Assembly: GCF_001194135.2 (NCBI RefSeq)
Contig: NC_068983.1
Span: 163,801,968 to 163,865,967, forward strand
Direction of reading: 5' to 3'
Length of the DNA: 64,000 nt
DNA from: Octopus bimaculoides
Lineage: Eukaryota
Part shown: in pieces, positions 38,455 through 50,267 of the stretch
Numbering within the stretch: position 1 is the stretch's first letter
How the letters are laid out: the number at the start of each line of letters is the position of its first letter
The notes under the pieces: model-generated
What the model was told of the DNA's origin: nothing
Seen by the model: the letters and a program-made list of their open reading frames with translations, nothing else
Databases searched by the model: none
Position numbers and translations under genes: made by a program

Positions 38455-38490
38455 CTTTTATGTTTTGAGCCTATACTCTTCATCAGAAAG
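38455..38490 (-). ncRNA. Minimal hammerhead remnant in a Penelope-like terminal repeat (about 38350-38510)
   Basis: CUUU-CUGAUGA-A-GAG-UAUAGG-CUC-AAAAC-AUA-AAAG; two G>A changes away from GAAAC-GUA. Confidence 0.6.
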
Positions 38491-39679
38491 GAATAAGTGA
38501 AAATAAAGACAGAGAATGAAAAAATAAGCTTGTAGATTTCAGCAGAGCTTTAAAATACTACTGAAGATTATTTTGTTAAGGTTATTTCTACAGATATTCT
38601 CTAGAACTTAGAACCATCACTGAACTTTTGCTATGCTACTTCACATCAAGATGTCAGATGTAAACAGACAATGTGATTGAAGACAAAAGCAGATAATAAG
38701 TGTATATGCCATACCTCAGGGGTTGTTGCCCCTCCTTCAGCACTCACCTAACCCACTATTGCCTCTGAACACATTGCTTATATAGCCACCACATGCAGCA
38801 GTGTTAAGTTGCTGGAAATTCCAATTTACATATTAAGATGCATTCCTGAGGCTGGTATGTATGTACCATGGACTTACAAATCTTTAATGATAGAGGATCT
38901 CTGATTTACTTCTTTAATCCTTTACTAATTTAATCCCTGGATTATCCTGTCGAATCGTCCAGCCTGTACTATAAGGGAAGATCATTGTTATCATCATTTA
39001 ACTTCTGCTTTCCATGCTGGCATGGGTTGGATGGTTTGACTGAAAACTAGTAAGCTGGGGGAGCTGCACCGGATATTAAAAGATGATGATGGTGATATAT
39101 ATTTACGAGGTATGGCTGAGTGGGAAGAAGTCTGCTTCTCAGCCACATGGTTCCGGGTTCAAAAATCTTATATGGATCTCCAAGGGTCATATGAACCCAG
39201 GATGAGAACCACTGACCTAAGCTTTCCTGTAACCAATCAACAACCTCATTTACAATAAAAAAGCAAACAAAATAAAAAAAAAACAAAAATGACAATAACA
39301 AAACAAATCTGTTGAGTATTTCATTGAATATTCAAATTTGAATGTAATGAACATAAAACATAAATTTTGTTGGGGTTTATGGTAAGTCGGAAGAGTAAAT
39401 TTTGCCAAATTTTAATGTTATATAGCTTCCAGTTATGCAGCATTGGTGTGTAATTACAATTTGTTGAACTGATGCCAAACACTTCAACAATGCCTGACTA
39501 GAATTCAATCTATTTTACCAATTTTCATTGATTGGCAGCATCTATTAATGCTGAGTCATAGAGTCAGCAGATCATAATTAGTTCTGCAGAGTACAGTCTG
39601 CACTTGGCATGGGACGGGGGTAGGATTTGAACTTTTCATCTTTCACCTTGTTCTCCTGACACACAAGAAATCACTCGTG

Positions 39680-40133
39680 TCTGTGTTTGACCCTCACTGC
39701 TGCTTGACAACTGGTGTTAGTGTGTTTACATCCATGAAACTTAGTGGTCTGGCAGAAGAGGCTGATAGAATAAGTACCAGGCTTATAAAAGTATAAGTCC
39801 TGGGGGTGGGGGGAGCAGAACAGAGATTCACACAACTAAACGTTCTTCAAGGCATTGCCCCAGCATGGCCACAGTCAAATGGCTGAAACGAATAAAAGAT
39901 AATAGATATATGTATATATGTATGTATGAGTATCTATCCATCCATCCATCTGTCTGTCTCTCTGACTGTCTGTCTGTAGGAGTGGCTGTGTGGTAAGTAG
40001 CTTGCTTACGAACCACATGGTTCCAGGTTCAGTCCCACTGTGTGGCACATTGAGCAAGTGTCTTCTATTATAGCCTCAGGCTGACCAAAACCTTGTGAGT
40101 GGATTTGGTAGATGGAAACTTAAAGAAGCCCGT

Positions 40134-40140
<7 letters not shown>
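39680..40140 (+). mobile_element. SINE family A 3' half (39680-39900) followed by a new 5' half (39978-40140)
   Basis: Family A motifs. Confidence 0.8.
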
Positions 40141-40172
<32 letters not shown>

Positions 40173-40764
40173 TCATCATCNNNNNNNNNNNNNNNNNNNN
40201 NNNNNNNNNNNNNNNNNNNNNNNNNNNNNNNNNNNNNNNNNNNNNNNNNNNNNNNNNNNNNNNNNNNNNNNNNNNNNNNNNNNNNNNNNNNNNNNNNNNN
40301 NNNNNNNNNNNNNNNNNNNNNNNNNNNNNNNNNNNNNNNNNNNNNNNNNNNNNNNNNNNNNNNNNNNNNNNNNNNNNNNNNNNNNNNNNNNNNNNNNNNN
40401 NNNNNNNNNNNNNNNNNNNNNNNNNNNNNNNNNNNNNNNNNNNNNNNNNNNNNNNNNNNNNNNNNNNNNNNNNNNNNNNNNNNNNNNNNNNNNNNNNNNN
40501 NNNNNNNNNNNNNNNNNNNNNNNNNNNNNNNNNNNNNNNNNNNNNNNNNNNNNNNNNNNNNNNNNNNNNNNNNNNNNNNNNNNNNNNNNNNNNNNNNNNN
40601 NNNNNNNNNNNNNNNNNNNNNNNNNNNNNNNNNNNNNNNNNNNNNNNNNNNNNNNNNNNNNNNNNNNNNNNNNNNNNNNNNNNNNNNNNNNNNNNNNNNN
40701 NNNNNNNNNNNNNNNNNNNNNNNNNNNNNNNNNNNNNNNNNNNNNNNNNNNNNNNNNNNNNNNN

Positions 40765-40954
40765 ATCATCATCATCATCATCGTTTAACGTCCGCTTTCC
40801 ATGCTAGCATGGGTTGGACGATTTGACTGAGGACTGGTGAAACCGGATGGCAACACCAGGCTCCAGTCTGATTTGGCAGAGTTTCTACAGCTGGATGCCC
40901 TTCCTAACGCCAACCACTCAGAGAGTGTAGTGGGTGCTTTTACGTGTCACCCGC
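40765..40954 (-). mobile_element. RTE family B 3' end, young copy
   Basis: Shares the diagnostic AAACCGGATGGCAACACCAGG with the 6192 and 33835 copies; 5' junction in (TA)n. Confidence 0.9.
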
Positions 40955-40957
40955 ATG

Positions 40958-40989
<32 letters not shown>

Positions 40990-41415
40990 CATATGTATAT
41001 ATATGTATATATACACATGCAGACACACACACATGCACACACACACATATCTATGTTATCTTTTATTCATTTACTTGTTTCAATCATTAGACTGTGGCCA
41101 CGCTGGGGCACCATCTTGGGAAAGTTAAGTCATACAAACAGACTAGAGGAGTTATTTAATTCCATTTTTAAGCTTGGTTCCTATTTTATCAGTTTCTTTT
41201 ATTGCACTGCAGTCTTCCATGAAAACATGTCTGGGCTGCTTCTTGTTTGATTGATTGAGGAATGATTCCTTTGCTTGGCAGGAGGGAAACATTCCGTGCC
41301 ATGAAACGCAGACTTTTAGAAAATTCTACCTCAACAAATACTTGTCTGTTCCATGGAATCATGGGAAAATAGATATTAGAATGAGGATTATGAAGCTATC
41401 ACATTCACTCACACA

Positions 41416-41447
<32 letters not shown>

Positions 41448-41469
41448 TACATGCACACACACATATTTA

Positions 41470-42220
41470 GGTGCAGACATATTTGTATAGTAAGAAGCTT
41501 GCTTCCCAACCTCACATGGTTCTGGGTTCAGTCCCACTGTGTAGCACCTTGAGCAAGTGTCTTCTACTATAGCCTCAGGCTAACCAAAGCTTTGTGAGTA
41601 GACTTGCTAGAGGGAAACTGAAAGAAGCTTATTGTATATATATATATAATGGTTAGTTTTCATTGTTTTTTCTTCTTGTTTTTGCCTTTGTGAGTTACAG
41701 GTAATGCTATCTGTTGGAGTCTCAGCTTTTTTAGCTGCTATTTCTGAACTTCGGTATATGGTGAGGCAAATGCTTGCTGATCCCTTAATTATGTTTATAA
41801 ATGTATGGGAACTTTTAAATAAGTTCTCCACCGATAATGGTGCTTACATACCGAAGGGCTTGGTAAAAATTATTAATTGTTGATTTATTAATAAGTTAAT
41901 AAATTGATAAATCTTTACCCTTTTAATTTGTAATAATTATATATATATATATATATATGTATATGTATATATTTATGCGTGCATGTATCTTTGTGTCTGT
42001 GGTTGTAACCCCACCATCACTTGACAACCAATGTTGGTGTGTTGGTGAGTTTCCAGCCCCATAAGTTAGCATTTGGGCAAAAGGGACCGATACAATAAGT
42101 ACTAGACTTACAAAGAATAAGTCCTAGGGAAGATTCACTCAACTGAAAAAGAAACCTTTAATGTGGTGCCCCAGCGTGGCCACAGTCAAATGACTGAAAC
42201 AAGTAAAATATAAAAGATAC
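41470..42220 (+). mobile_element. SINE family A interrupted by a ~290-bp insert (41650-41940) related to 42780-42960
   Basis: Halves at 41470-41640 and 41985-42220; the insert contains GCTGCTATTTCTGAACT...TGCTGATCCC. Confidence 0.75.
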
Positions 42221-42487
42221 ATGCATATATATATATATGTATATTGTTGTGTCTGGGAGAGTCATTCTGTTTTAGTGCCTTATTAATTGACACACTCACT
42301 GGTTCAATTTCCACTCATTTACTTATTTATTTTTCTAAACTTTTTGTTACTTCTAAACTTTTTGTTACTTCTAAAATTTTCTTTATGNNNNNNNNNNTAT
42401 ATATATATACATATATATATATTTACAAATAAAAATGTTTACAATCCAGCCATCCTTTCACACGGAATTTCGTCTTTTTCTAAAGCC

Positions 42488-42581
42488 AAGACCCTGAAGT
42501 GACTTTATATATATAATGGAAGTGTGATTATGTATATCAGAAAAAATATATATATATAAGTCGAAACAATTTGTTGGCCTT
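42488..42581 (+). ncRNA. Hammerhead-like motif with expanded stem II loop
   Basis: AAGACC-CUGAAG(-)U-GACUU...AAGUC-GAAAC-AAUUU-GUU-GGCCUU. Confidence 0.55.
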
Positions 42582-42779
42582 TTATGGTTTTTATAATTAT
42601 TTATGTTATATAATATTATGTTATATTATATATTTTTTTCATAGTATTTAATGTAATATTGTAACATAAATGAATTATTGAATTGCCAATAGAATATCTC
42701 TATATTTAATTTATCTTTATATATATGTATGTATGTATGTATATATATACATATATATACCTGTATACATATATAGATA

Positions 42780-43234
42780 TATAGGGCAAGGAATCATCAA
42801 TTAGTAATAAAATTAATAATTAACAATTTTGCCGAGTAGCTCAGTATGAAAAAACCTTTATCGGTAAAACCATTTATAATCATAAATATACTGGGATTAG
42901 CAGGAGATTGCTTCTCCAACATACTGAGAATTCAGAAATAGCAGTCAAAGAACTACTGATTCCAAACTACAAATTTTTCCTCTAACGGACGGCGATATTT
43001 ATGGCACACACAGAACAAAAACCAGAAGGGAAGAGTAAAAACAAACCTGCCTTTAGTTAATTGGGTACGACGTTTCACGGTTAAGGGTATGAAGTTACCC
43101 TATTCCGATCTTCAGCCTCAATATTAGAGAAAAAATTTGTAGTTTGGAATCAGTAGTTCTTTGACTGCTATTTCTGAATTCTCAGTATGTTGGAGAAGCA
43201 GGCTCCTGCTAATCCCTGTATATTTATGATTATA
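42780..43234. mobile_element. Penelope-like remnant: 111-bp inverted arms around a hammerhead-bearing spacer
   Basis: Arms at 42875-42985 and 43124-43234 differ at only 4 positions. Confidence 0.8.
43060..43122 (-). ncRNA. Minimal type-I hammerhead motif with intact CUGAAGA/GAAA core
   Basis: AUUGAGG-CUGAAGA-U-CGG-AAU-AGGGUA-ACUUCA-UACCCU-UAA-CCG-U-GAAAC-GUC-GUA-CCCAAU. Confidence 0.7.
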
Positions 43235-43824
43235 TACATATATATGTACATATATGTATGTGTATATATGTATGTGTATATATGTATGTGTATATATGTA
43301 TGTGTATATATGTATATAATATCTCTTTTATCACACACACATGGAGCAATACAGATGTCACTTAAGTATTTAAATGCTGAACATTATTAAAATGCTAAAG
43401 TGGACTTTTTGAATTATGCTGAAATCTGATGTCTCCAAGAATATCTATTATCTGTTTAAATATAGATAAACTGTTCAATGGAAGAGTATTTCTTGTGGTC
43501 AAGAAGAGAGAACATTATTAAAGACAGGAATGGTTTATACTTGAATCTTTTATCAATTGAGCCAAATGAGTTTAAATTATTCCATTTAATATTGGAAATT
43601 AGTTTGTTAGATGTGGAACAATACAAGATACATGAAGAGAACTAAGAGACATGAAAGTCTTGGAAATATTACGTGCTTATTTTGGCAGATAATTGTAATG
43701 CAAGGAAGATGAAGATGTTTATGGAATTTAAGAGTGAGAGATCTAATCTTAGCCAAATCTGAAGAGGGTAGCTGGGCAGTGGGGAACAAACAGGGAACTT
43801 TCCAGAATGTTCAACTCAATCATC

Positions 43825-44580
43825 ATCATCATCATCATCATCACTTAATGCTTGTTTTCCATTCTGGCAGGGGTTGGATGATTTGGCAAGAGCTGGCGAG
43901 GCCAGGAGTTGCATTAGACTCCATTGTCTGATCTGGCTTAGTTTCTATGGCTGGATGCCCTTCCTAATGCCAACCACTTTACAGTGTACTGGGTGCTTTT
44001 CAGGTGGCACCAGCACCAGTACTTTTTATGTGGCACCAGTAAATTGGGAAATCTATTATGAAACCCATGGAAAAGGGGACACTAAAGCGACGATGATGGC
44101 AATTACTAACAATTTAGTCTGTATTTGTTGTTAAGTTTCCATATGTGTGTCTCCAGCTGGGTTTGAACTCAGAATCATTTGTTTTAAACAGTGTTCTAAT
44201 ACTTTTTTCTGTTATGTGATAGACATATATACATACATATACACACATCATCGTTTAACGTCTGCTTTCCATGCTGGCATGGATTGGACTGTTTGCCCGA
44301 GGACTGGCGAACCAGATGGCTACACCAGACTTCAATCTGTTCTGGCAAGTTTTCTACAGCTGGATACCCTTCCTAATGCCAACCACACCGAGAGTGTAGC
44401 GGGTGCTTTTTATGTGCCACCAGCATTGGGGGGGGGGCATTCAGGCGGCACTGGCAACGGTTTTGGTCCGCTTGAGGCTATAGTAGAAGACACTTGCCCA
44501 AGGTGCCATGCAATGGGACTGAACCCGAAACCACGTGGTTGGTAAGCAAGCTATTTACCACCCAGCCACTCCTGCTCCTG
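43825..44580 (-). mobile_element. Two RTE family B-type 3' ends (43825-44045, 44246-44462) and a SINE A 5' part (44468-44578)
   Basis: Family motifs, all on the minus strand. Confidence 0.8.
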
Positions 44581-45921
44581 TTAAAGTGATCTAAATTAAA
44601 ACCTTCCATGAAAATTTCATTTTAATTTACGTCCAAACACCAGCTTAATAATGTCAAAATTAATTTTACTAAATTATTATTTTCAAATTTAATTGAAATG
44701 AAGGCAGTAAATTTCAACAGAAATATGGTAAAGAAAAGGTTAATAGTTGATGCTTCCAGCTGAAGAAAGGTAAGAATGGAATGATCGTAGTTCATGAATG
44801 AATAACTAGAAAGTGTTTCATTCATTAGCTTACAGTAATGAACAGAAATCCTATAATACACCTGAACATGCTATTATCCTGGATTATTATTTTAATCAAT
44901 AAATTCACCCTGAGACTCTAAAAGCTGCGTTCTTGTCTCACTCTTTATTTTCAGTCATTTTCAAACCAGCATTCCTTTTAAAAGATATTGTCTGGATTCC
45001 TGTAATATATATTTTGAAAACTCCTCAGAACAAACACTATAAAACAGATTTATATCGCTTGAAAGATCTAAAGTAACACAAAAAAATATATGTTCTCATT
45101 AACCTCAATGAGATACGACTTTATCTATCTATCTATCTATCTATCTATCTCTATCTATATATATATCTGTCTATCTGTCTGTCTGTCTATTTTATTAAAC
45201 CACAAATCAAACATCTTTCGCAAGTATCTATCTGTATATTTTACTGTTTATCTCACAATTTAATTACCAATGTGTATCGGTCCGTTCTTTGTCCTTCCTT
45301 CATCCACTACTTGCATAAGTTTATGTGTGTATACAAGTGTGTGTGTGTGTGTATGTGTGTGTATAAATGTGTATACGGAATGTAAATATGTGTAATCGCA
45401 TAAACTTTTCAAGTTTGGACAAGAAACAGAACTATGTGTGGCCGTTGATAGATGTAGCCTTTGTGTTGGCAGTGAGGGAAGTGTTAGTTTCAGTGAGTCA
45501 ATAGTTGTGGTTATATTATTGGTGGACTCTACTAATTGATTGGTTTGCCTTGGCCAACTGTGACTAGTCATTGATTTAAACTATTGATTCTCATGGCAAT
45601 AACCAACAATAATAAATGCCTTTAATGTTTGGCCAAATGGAACATTCTTCTCCAATTCCTTTGGTGGGTGATGTGGTGCAATGATGCATTCTTCACCGAA
45701 TGAAAATCTTGGCAAGTTTTGTTTGTTTTTTTGTCTTTTTTGGTATCTGTTTAGTGCTGCTTCCACTCCTGACATTAATGTTCTTGGGAAAAAGTGAAAA
45801 AATTCCCAACTTTTGTAGTTTTCTCATAAATTTAGTGCCGTAATCATGTAAAGAAGATAGTTTCCGAGATAAGACATTTATTAGACTATCAACCAATATA
45901 TCTTCAGATCAAAACAATAGG

Positions 45922-46090
45922 TGCCAGCATCACTGTGTGGTCAAGAAGTTTGCTCCCCAACCACCAGGTTTCAGATTCAGTCCCAGTGTGTCGCACCTTG
46001 GGCAAGTGTTGACTACTATAACCCTGGGTGGAAAAAGCTTTGTGAGTAGATTTGGTGGACAGAAACTGAAAGAAGCCCATTGTGTGCATG
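45922..46090 (+). mobile_element. SINE family A 5' half
   Basis: Head and CCTTGGGCAAGTGT body. Confidence 0.8.
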
Positions 46091-46210
46091 TATATTTATG
46101 TGTGTGTGTCTGTGTGTATACATGAACATATGTATATATATATATGTATGTATGTATGTATGTATACATAGATATATGCAAATATATATACATATATACA
46201 CACATATATG

Positions 46211-46251
<41 letters not shown>

Positions 46252-46514
46252 TGCTCACAAGGGGTTAGACATAGAGGGGACAAACAAGGACAGACAAAGA
46301 GATTACGTTGATTACTTATTTAATCGACCCCTGTTGATCTTCTGTAAACAACTTTGCCCGGACTTGTGCCTCGGAGGGTGACTTTCTAGATGCAATCCCA
46401 TGGTCAGTCATGACCGAAGGGGGCCACCCATAGTTGATTCATTAATAATGACTATACTGATAGTGATGGTAATGTTGATGATGCCAATATTCTTTGCAGT
46501 GATTAGGGGGGAAA

Positions 46515-47942
46515 GCAGGCAGAACCATTAGCAGCAGACCGGGCAAAATGCTTAGCAGTATTTTGTCCATCTTTAGGCTCTGAGTTCAAATTCCACTGAA
46601 GTCGACTTTGTTTTTCATCCTTTTTGGAGTTGATAAAATGCGTACCAGTTGAGTATTGGGGCTGATGTAATCATCTTACCCTCCCCCCTGTGAAATTGCT
46701 GGTCTTGTGCCAAACTTTGAATCCAATATTCTTAACAGTTATAATAGCAATAACAATAGATGCTCTATGATTATACCCAGAGCCTTCAGCAAGTTATCCA
46801 CCTCCCTCCACCTACTAACACAAAATTGAAAGGGTCTGCAAAAAATAGCACCCTAAACAAGGTAGATGAGTTTATATTCACAGATGTTTCTAGAAAGTGT
46901 ATATAGATTTATCTATGCACAAATTTATCATATTTGCTTCAAACACAGATAAATATGTGTATACATTTACATATAGAATATATTTATATAAATTATGTGC
47001 ATTTACTTTCTGACACATGTATATATTTTCACATTACGCATAAATATTCATCAATATATAACATTATACATACACTCATTGAATCATTATACACACATAG
47101 CAATATATGTCCTAACGTATACACTCATATGATGCATAAGGTACAGAAGCAACAAGTTGCCAATCAAACATATTCAAGTTTGAACTTCTTGAATTCCTGC
47201 CAGGAAAAATTGCCAAAAAGAATAGAATTTATTTTATTTATTTACTTTTACACATTTATTATTATTCATTATATTCGGTGGTGAGATGGCAGAATCATTA
47301 GCATGCTGGACAAAACGTTGTGTGGCATTTTGTTCGTCTTTACATTCTGAGTTCAGTTTCCACTGAGGTTGACTTTGCCTGTCATCCTTTTAGGGTTGAT
47401 GAAAGATGTACCAGTTAAACTCAAGGGTCGATCTAATTCACTATCCCCGTGGTTCCCAACATTTTCACAGGGGTTCCCAACCCTTTTATTTAAAGGAGTT
47501 TTCCCACAGATCCCTTTGAATATGCTTATCCTAAGGTAGAAAACTAGCAGAATCATTAGCACGCTGGGCAAAATGCTTTGTGGTATGTCGTTTGTCTTTA
47601 CGTTCTGGGTTCGAATTCTGCCGAGGTCGACTTTGCCTTTCATCCTTTCACTGTCGATAAATTAGGTACCAGTTGCATACTGGGGTTGATCTAATTGATT
47701 GACCTCCTCCCCAAAAATTTTGGGCCTTGTGCCTAGAGTAGAAAAGAATACAAGCTTATCCTTAAGTGTGTGTGTGTGTATATATACATACATATATNNN
47801 NNNNNNNNNNNNNNNNNNNNNNNNNNNNNNNNNNNNNNNNNNNNNNNNNNNNNNNNNNNNNNNNNNNNNNNNNNNNNNNNNNNNNNNNNNNNNNNNNNNN
47901 NNNNNNNNNNNNNNNNNNNNNNNNNNNNNNNNNNNNNNNNNN

Positions 47943-47985
<43 letters not shown>

Positions 47986-48525
47986 GAAATTTTGACTTTA
48001 GTCCACAGATCTCCAGTACCACCAGGGGTCTGTGGAACCCAGGTTGGGAACCACTGGACTAGCCCCTTCCCCACAAATGTCAAGCCTTGTGTCTATGGTA
48101 GAAAGGATTATAATTATCATCATCATCATCATCATTATTATTATGGTAGTGAGGTGGCAGACTCATTAGAGTATGAGAAGAAAATACCTTCTTGCATTTT
48201 TTTTTTCAACTCACAACATTCTGAGTTCAAATCCTGTCAAGACCAGCTTTACCTTTCATCTTTCTAGGGTTGATAAAATAAAGTACTTGGATTGATGTTA
48301 TTGGACTAAATCCTTCCCCTTAAAATCTCTGACCTTCAGCCTAAATTAAAAACTCTTTTGTGCATCCAGCTTTACATTCTGGGTTCAAATTCCACCGAGG
48401 TCAACTTTGCCTTTCATCCTCTCGGGGTTGATAAATTAAGTACCAGTGAAACACTGGGATCGATGTAATCAACCAGTCCCCTCCTCCAAAATTTCAGGCC
48501 TTGCGCCTTTAGTAGAAAGGATCAT
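46515..48525 (+). mobile_element. Cluster of five co-oriented SINE family C copies
   Basis: Copies at about 46515, 47278, 47540, 48145 and 48360. Confidence 0.85.
47447..48056. mobile_element. hAT (Charlie/MER5-like) MITE nested in a SINE C and itself carrying a SINE C
   Basis: TIRs CCGTGGTTCCCAAC and GTTGGGAACCACTG; 8-bp TSD CACTATCC / GACTAGCC (6 of 8 match). Confidence 0.8.
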
Positions 48526-48535
48526 TATCATTATT

Positions 48536-48631
<96 letters not shown>

Positions 48632-49278
48632 TACTGTAAGTGGTCACATCTCATAGAGCTCCATATGCNNNNNNNNNNNNNNNNNNNNNNNNNNNNNNNN
48701 NNNNNNNNNNNNNNNNNNNNNNNNNNNNNNNNNNNNNNNNNNNNNNNNNNNNNNNNNNNNNNNNNNNNNNNNNNNNNNNNNNNNNNNNNNNNNNNNNNNN
48801 NNNNNNNNNNNNNNNNNNNNNNNNNNNNNNNNNNNNNNNNNNNNNNNNNNNNNNNNNNNNNNNNNNNNNNNNNNNNNNNNNNNNNNNNNNNNNNNNNNNN
48901 NNNNNNNNNNNNNNNNNNNNNNNNNNNNNNNNNNNNNNNNNNNNNNNNNNNNNNNNNNNNNNNNNNNNNNNNNNNNNNNNNNNNNNNNNNNNNNNNNNNN
49001 NNNNNNNNNNNNNNNNNNNNNNNNNNNNNNNNNNNNNNNNNNNNNNNNNNNNNNNNNNNNNNNNNNNNNNNNNNNNNNNNNNNNNNNNNNNNNNNNNNNN
49101 NNNNNNNNNNNNNNNNNNNNNNNNNNNNNNNNNNNNNNNNNNNNNNNNNNNNNNNNNNNNNNNNNNNNNNNNNNNNNNNNNNNNNNNNNNNNNNNNNNNN
49201 NNNNNNNNNNNNNNNNNNNNNNNNNNNNNNNNNNNNNNNNNNNNNNNNNNNNNNNNNNNNNNNNNNNNNNNNNNNNNN

Positions 49279-49309
<31 letters not shown>

Positions 49310-49779
49310 GATATTGCATCATTTGTTCACAGTATGGGTTAAAAGAATGGCTTGATTTGAGCCAAGAGAAAAATGGAGGAAATGAAATACATCACAGAAA
49401 ATAATGCCTTCCTGCTCAAAGAATTTATCATGGAAAGGCAGTGAAGTATGACTGTTTTTCTAAGAAAATGTAAGGGGCTTCCATACGTTATTAGAAGAAA
49501 AGATGAAAGAAGTCCTGGTTGATATATAGCAGGATGTGCGTGCTATCAACTAGAACAAGGCATATAAAAGAGATTTATGGACAAGGTCATGGCTAGGACC
49601 CAGTTGGAACTTGTGCCCCATATATTTGTTTGTTCATGGGTTGGTTTCACAGCACAGAGGGAAAAGAAATGTGATGATTAGGACCATTGATATTGGTAAG
49701 GAGGTCAAACCGTTGGTTTGACATATTTGTGCAGTAATACGTATGTAGTGATGGTGTTGGTGAACTGAAAGTAAATATG

Positions 49780-50000
49780 AGCAGACAGAGGAGATGTATC
49801 AGTATTCAGAACCTTGGGGTCATATTAGGGCTGTAATCTATGAAAGGAACAGAGAAGTGGTCAATCGTCCTGGTGGTAGGGGACAGCAGAGTCCTTCAGG
49901 TTGTCTGGTCAAGCACAGGAAATGGTACAAATGGCATACAGCAATGTCAAGAACAGAGGGGAAAAGCTTGGTTCTGCAGCTGTCAATGCTTCCTAAACAA
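49780..50000 (+). mobile_element. Possible degenerate CR1-type ORF1 (SGNH esterase start)
   Basis: ISIQNLGVILGL*SMKGTEKWSIVLVVGDSRV resembles the (V/I)S.NRF.VL...ILVVGDS.V arrangement. Confidence 0.35.
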
Positions 50001-50214
50001 TATCAGGTACCACTCCAGGTAATATCAAGGTGACCAACATGCCAAGAGGTCTTCCCACCCCATCATGTCTGTGCCTGTGAACACATACACACACACGTGT
50101 GTCCATGTTTTTTTTTTGCAACGTCCTGTACCCAGATATGCATCTATATACACATGGAGATGTAGGTATGTACATACATGTACGTATATATGCATTTACT
50201 CACATATTATTTGA

Positions 50215-50267
<53 letters not shown>

